From assembly GCA_043753995.1 (NCBI GenBank), contig JAYUVP010000310.1, forward strand, positions 1 through 29,880: DNA of 29,880 nucleotides. The letters are read 5' to 3'. The notes beneath the pieces were generated by a model. That model ran no database searches, had not been told where the DNA came from, and saw only the letters and a list, made by a program, of their open reading frames with translations. Numbering within the stretch: the stretch's first letter is position 1; each line of letters opens with the position of its first letter. Shown here piece after piece: positions 26,148 to 29,880 of this stretch. The DNA is from Fibrobacterota bacterium. GTDB taxonomy: Bacteria > Fibrobacterota > Fibrobacteria > UBA11236. The position numbers were made by a program, and so were the translations under genes.

Positions 26148-27086
26148 TTATTGTCTAAGCCCACCCCTGGCGTCAAAAGATCGCAAGTCCCCTGCTCCGA
26201 CGGAGAGGGCGGTATTCATGCGATACAACAAAACTGGTTCCAAGAAAGCCCCAGCATCGCCCAGTTGCGCATGAACCATGGGTCCTCGACCTTGCCGAAA
26301 GCGAGCGAGCCGAGGCGCTAAGGTGACCGCCGGTACGACCGGGCCTAGGTTGAAATTCATGCCATCATACCAGGCCAGACGATTGGGGACGGCGGTGGTG
26401 ATTTTCGTGAGGTGAGTCGCAGAAATACGATCTCGCTTATGCCTTGCCACCAGCCAGCAAAGAAAAGTTTCGGAGTGGTCTTCACGGGTTGGGTTGTCGC
26501 GAGCATAGGTCGAAATGAATTCGCCGTCGGCCTTCACAGCATTGGCCCATGACGTGTTGTAATAGATGGGATCGAAAGCCGCATGGGTGGCTTCGTGTAT
26601 CATGGTTTCGGTGACAATACCTTGCTTTTCATAACTCAAACCTTGGACATGATGAATGGTCAGCGGATTGCCACCTCCCCAGGGATTGTCGCCATTATGT
26701 AGAACCGCGCCGCTTAATCCCGCGCGCGTGCAATACGGCATCTGGCCTATATTGCGGGCATATTTTTCCGCCAATAGCGTCGCCGAATCTTGGGGGAATT
26801 CGGGATTCACCCAAATCGTCCACGCAGCGGCACCGTCCTTAAAACTCACCGTATAGGCATAGGCATTGATCGAGATATTGCCATTGGGACGGCGATCGTA
26901 AACGCTTTTTTGTTGCCTTCCCGCATAGGTGACGCTGGCCAGCGCGGTGGGATCGGCATCGGTGAATGAATTTGGAAAATCGAAAATGGTGCCCGAATAG
27001 GGCGGCTCCGCCCAAGCCGGAGCGAAGGAGGAGAGCATGACCGTTGCGAAAACAGCAACCCCGAAGAGACCAAATATTTTCCGCAG
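26148..27086 (-). CDS. Secreted zincin-like metallopeptidase
   Basis: MIHEATH (HExxH) plus ISTYARDNPTREDHSETF. The signal peptide is complete only if the frame extends to CTG 27086. Confidence 0.7.
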   Translation of the reverse strand: MRKIFGLFGVAVFATVMLSSFAPAWAEPPYSGTIFDFPNSFTDADPTALASVTYAGRQQKSVYDRRPNGNISINAYAYTVSFKDGAAAWTIWVNPEFPQDSATLLAEKYARNIGQMPYCTRAGLSGAVLHNGDNPWGGGNPLTIHHVQGLSYEKQGIVTETMIHEATHAAFDPIYYNTSWANAVKADGEFISTYARDNPTREDHSETFLCWLVARHKRDRISATHLTKITTAVPNRLAWYDGMNFNLGPVVPAVTLAPRLARFRQGRGPMVHAQLGDAGAFLEPVLLYRMNTALSVGAGDLRSFDARGGLRQ

Positions 27087-27244
27087 CCTATCCTCCTACT
27101 TTTTCCGAAAGCCCTTAGGGTAGCGTTTAGGCAAGCCCCATTTCATTTCTCTAAGTTACCGAAACCCGGCTCCCACCGCCGGGGAAAGCTCATCTCGGAC
27201 CCACCAGGAAGCCGTTGCCGCGGAGAATGGATTTTCTCTCCGCC

Positions 27245-29167
27245 TCAAACTTTGTCGACACTGGACCCAGCCAAACGGTTACGGATTTCGGTGCGAATCG
27301 TGGCATTGTCCCAGCCGGCGTCATTCTTGCGGCTGAGCGCATCGGAGCTGCGGAAAAGCGCTTCCGTTTCCGAGATCTTATCACGCAAACGCTCGAAATA
27401 ACCTTTATCGCCGACATGCTTAGCGAGCTCGCGTAAGGTTTTTTCATTTGCTTTGCGGAATAAGGTGACTGCGCGATGCGCCTGATAGGCGCGGTGACCC
27501 ACCAGCCTCAAGGCCAATTCTCCCATTTCCAGCGACGAACCGAAGGTTTCGCGAAAGACATGCTCGTAACCGTCGTTGAGAAAGGCATAACTCTCTTTCG
27601 GTCCAGGCGTACGAAGCATGATTTTTAAATGCGGATAATGATGACGCGCTTCATCGGCTATGGCTTTTGTTTTTTCGACATCATCGATGGCGATGATGAG
27701 CACCTTGGCTTTCTCGGCTCCTGCGGCATGCAATAAATCCGGGCGCGCCGCATCACCGTACCAGGCATGTAACCCCACTTTGCGCAGCGCATCGACGGTG
27801 TCGGGGTTCGAGTCGAGCACGGCCGTGCGAACTCCATTGGCCCGCAGCAAGCGCAAGATCGAATTGCCGACGCGGCCGGCACCAGCCACGATGGCCTCGA
27901 CTTCGCCTACTTCGGGAGCATCCATTTCTCGCCCGCTTTGTCGCTGCTGCATGCGCGGCAAAACCATTTTTTCATAAGCCAATAAGGCCATGGGTGTCAT
28001 GGCCATGGATATTGCCACCACGCTGGTGAGGGTGGCTCGCAAATCGCCCGGCAAAAGACCCAAACCTGCGGTGAGCCCAATCAGCACGAAGGCAAATTCA
28101 CCTACCTGGCATAAACCAAAGGCCAAGAGCAAGGTGTCGACTCTCGAAAGTCGAAACGCTTTGCCAATGGCTAAGAGCACCAAAGCCTTCAACACCATGA
28201 TGGCGGCAACGCCGCCTAGAACCAGCAAGGGGTTGCTGGCCAAATGCTTGAGGTCAATTCCCGCGCCTACCGAGATGAAAAAAACGCCCATCAATAATCC
28301 TTTGAAGGGCTCAATGTCATTTTCGAGTTCGTGGCGGTATTCACTGTCGGCGAGCACCACTCCGCCCAAGAATGCACCCAAGGCAGGACTCAATCCGACT
28401 TGAGTCATCAAGAGGCTCACGCCAACCACCAGCAAAAGGGCGAAGGCCGTGAACACTTCACGCAATTTTGATCCGGCTATGAAGCGGAAAATGGGACGCG
28501 AAGCAAAACGGCCAATCACGACGACACCGACCACGGCGCCAATCATGACTAGGGCTTGAACCCATCCAGGTAAGCTTGCCAGGCCTGCGGCCCCAGAGGC
28601 ATGCCCTCCCGATTCGCCATGCGCGGCCTGGTTGGCTTGGTGTAAGGAGGCCGTGGCGAGCAAGGGAAAAAGAGCCAACATGGGAATGACGGCCAAATCC
28701 TGAAAAAGCAGGATCGAAAAGGCATTCTGGCCCCCACTGCTTTTCAGCCAACCCTTTTCGGCCATGGATTGCAAGGCAATGGCCGTGCTCGACATCGCCA
28801 AAATGCAGCCCACGACCAAGGCGGTTTGCCAAGGCTGTTTCACAAGCAAAAACCCCAGCCCCACCACTAGGACCGTGCCCAATAGTTGGCTGCCGCCCAA
28901 TCCCAAAATGGGAGTTTTCAATCGCAGCAATAAGGCCGGCCGCAATTCGAGCCCCACCAGAAAAAGCATCATCACCACGCCGAATTCGGCGAAGTGCATC
29001 ACATCCTGGCTGGACTCTCCCAGCAATCCAAGGACATGCGGACCCAATAGAACTCCGGCCACCAAATAGCCCAGCACCGAACCCAACCCGGCCCGCTTCG
29101 CCAGGGGAACAGCCACCACTATAGCCAACAAATAAACGAACCCAATCGCCATCGGCCCTTGCATCAT
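27245..29167 (-). CDS. kefC: CPA2-family glutathione-gated K+/H+ antiporter (KefB/KefC-like)
   Basis: AEFGVVMMLFLVGLEL, LLFQDL, SEYRHELENDIEPFKGLL, QVGEFAFV, KTN domain GAGRVG...YGDA. Confidence 0.9.
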   Translation of the reverse strand: MMQGPMAIGFVYLLAIVVAVPLAKRAGLGSVLGYLVAGVLLGPHVLGLLGESSQDVMHFAEFGVVMMLFLVGLELRPALLLRLKTPILGLGGSQLLGTVLVVGLGFLLVKQPWQTALVVGCILAMSSTAIALQSMAEKGWLKSSGGQNAFSILLFQDLAVIPMLALFPLLATASLHQANQAAHGESGGHASGAAGLASLPGWVQALVMIGAVVGVVVIGRFASRPIFRFIAGSKLREVFTAFALLLVVGVSLLMTQVGLSPALGAFLGGVVLADSEYRHELENDIEPFKGLLMGVFFISVGAGIDLKHLASNPLLVLGGVAAIMVLKALVLLAIGKAFRLSRVDTLLLAFGLCQVGEFAFVLIGLTAGLGLLPGDLRATLTSVVAISMAMTPMALLAYEKMVLPRMQQRQSGREMDAPEVGEVEAIVAGAGRVGNSILRLLRANGVRTAVLDSNPDTVDALRKVGLHAWYGDAARPDLLHAAGAEKAKVLIIAIDDVEKTKAIADEARHHYPHLKIMLRTPGPKESYAFLNDGYEHVFRETFGSSLEMGELALRLVGHRAYQAHRAVTLFRKANEKTLRELAKHVGDKGYFERLRDKISETEALFRSSDALSRKNDAGWDNATIRTEIRNRLAGSSVDKV

Positions 29168-29772
29168 CGCCCTCCCAAGATCACATCGATGGATTCGGCC
29201 CCACAGGCCTGCTCGAGATCAACATCACCTGTTTGCAAACGGGTGAGTACTTCGTGATAGCGTCGGCAGGGCTCAACCATGTCCTGCGGCGAATCAATGA
29301 GATGAGTGGCATGCACGACAAAAGGGGCGAGGTAAATCATGCCGCATAAAAATGCCGTTTGATCGAAAGGGGCTAGCAGTTGGCGCATGGTGAATCGGTT
29401 ATGGCCTTCGGAATGGTAGACCTTACCCGGCGCGCCGGTGGTGGTGGCATGCATATACCACTTGCCATGCAAAGACTTGCCTTCGCGGCCATAGGCAAAG
29501 CCATGCTCTAAAACCAGGTCAATCCATTGCTTCACAATGGGAGGGGCGGCATACCAATAAAAGGGGTGTTGCATGATGATGATGTCGTGATCGAGCAAGG
29601 CCTTTTGCTCTCGGGCGACATCGATGTCGAAGTCAGGGTATTCTTCATAGAGATCGCGCACGGTGACATCCAGCAAAGCTTGCGCCACCTTAACCAAATG
29701 GGTTTGTACGCGACTCTTTTCAAAAGAAGGATGCGCAAAAAGCAAATAAATCTTGAGTCTTTGGGCTGGCAT
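29164..29772 (-). CDS. KefF/KefG-like flavodoxin-fold NAD(P)H oxidoreductase
   Basis: LFAHP, RDLYEEYPDFDIDV, QHPFYWY, KQWIDLVLEHGFAYG; ATGA overlap with kefC. Confidence 0.9.
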   Translation of the reverse strand: MPAQRLKIYLLFAHPSFEKSRVQTHLVKVAQALLDVTVRDLYEEYPDFDIDVAREQKALLDHDIIIMQHPFYWYAAPPIVKQWIDLVLEHGFAYGREGKSLHGKWYMHATTTGAPGKVYHSEGHNRFTMRQLLAPFDQTAFLCGMIYLAPFVVHATHLIDSPQDMVEPCRRYHEVLTRLQTGDVDLEQACGAESIDVILGGR

Positions 29773-29829
29773 ATCGGCAAAATTAACCGCGCGCCGGGAA
29801 TCGAAGCAAGTATTCGGAAAAGATCGAAG

Positions 29830-29880
29830 TAGAGCCGGTCTCAAAACTCATTTGTCGCACCAAGCCCGAGCGAGAACGAG
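29830..29880. mobile_element. MITE-like element family 1, copy 2 (cut by window end)
   Basis: 50/51 identical to 21689-21739. Confidence 0.8.

Overview
About 30 kb of GC-rich bacterial chromosome (roughly 55-60% GC by eye). The large Ig/cadherin-repeat lipoprotein and secreted proteins with short basic C-terminal tails suggest Fibrobacterota, but this is inference only. Housekeeping genes: an isolated dnaN, cydAB, fabV, a stand-alone nuoEFG, a DTW/TapT-type tRNA-modifying enzyme and kefF/G-kefC/B. Accessory genes: MarR-DUF1398, three SRPBCC proteins, ArsR, a MenAT1-like nucleotidyltransferase toxin-antitoxin pair whose small gene the ORF track misses, several secreted proteins and lipoproteins, and two pseudogene remnants. 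The most striking non-coding structure is at 21677-22120. Two palindromic MITE-like elements sit in tandem in the centre of a perfect 14-bp inverted repeat, followed by a member of a dispersed REP-like repeat family. The first element has a second copy at the window end. No rRNA, tRNA, CRISPR array, transposase or integrase was found.
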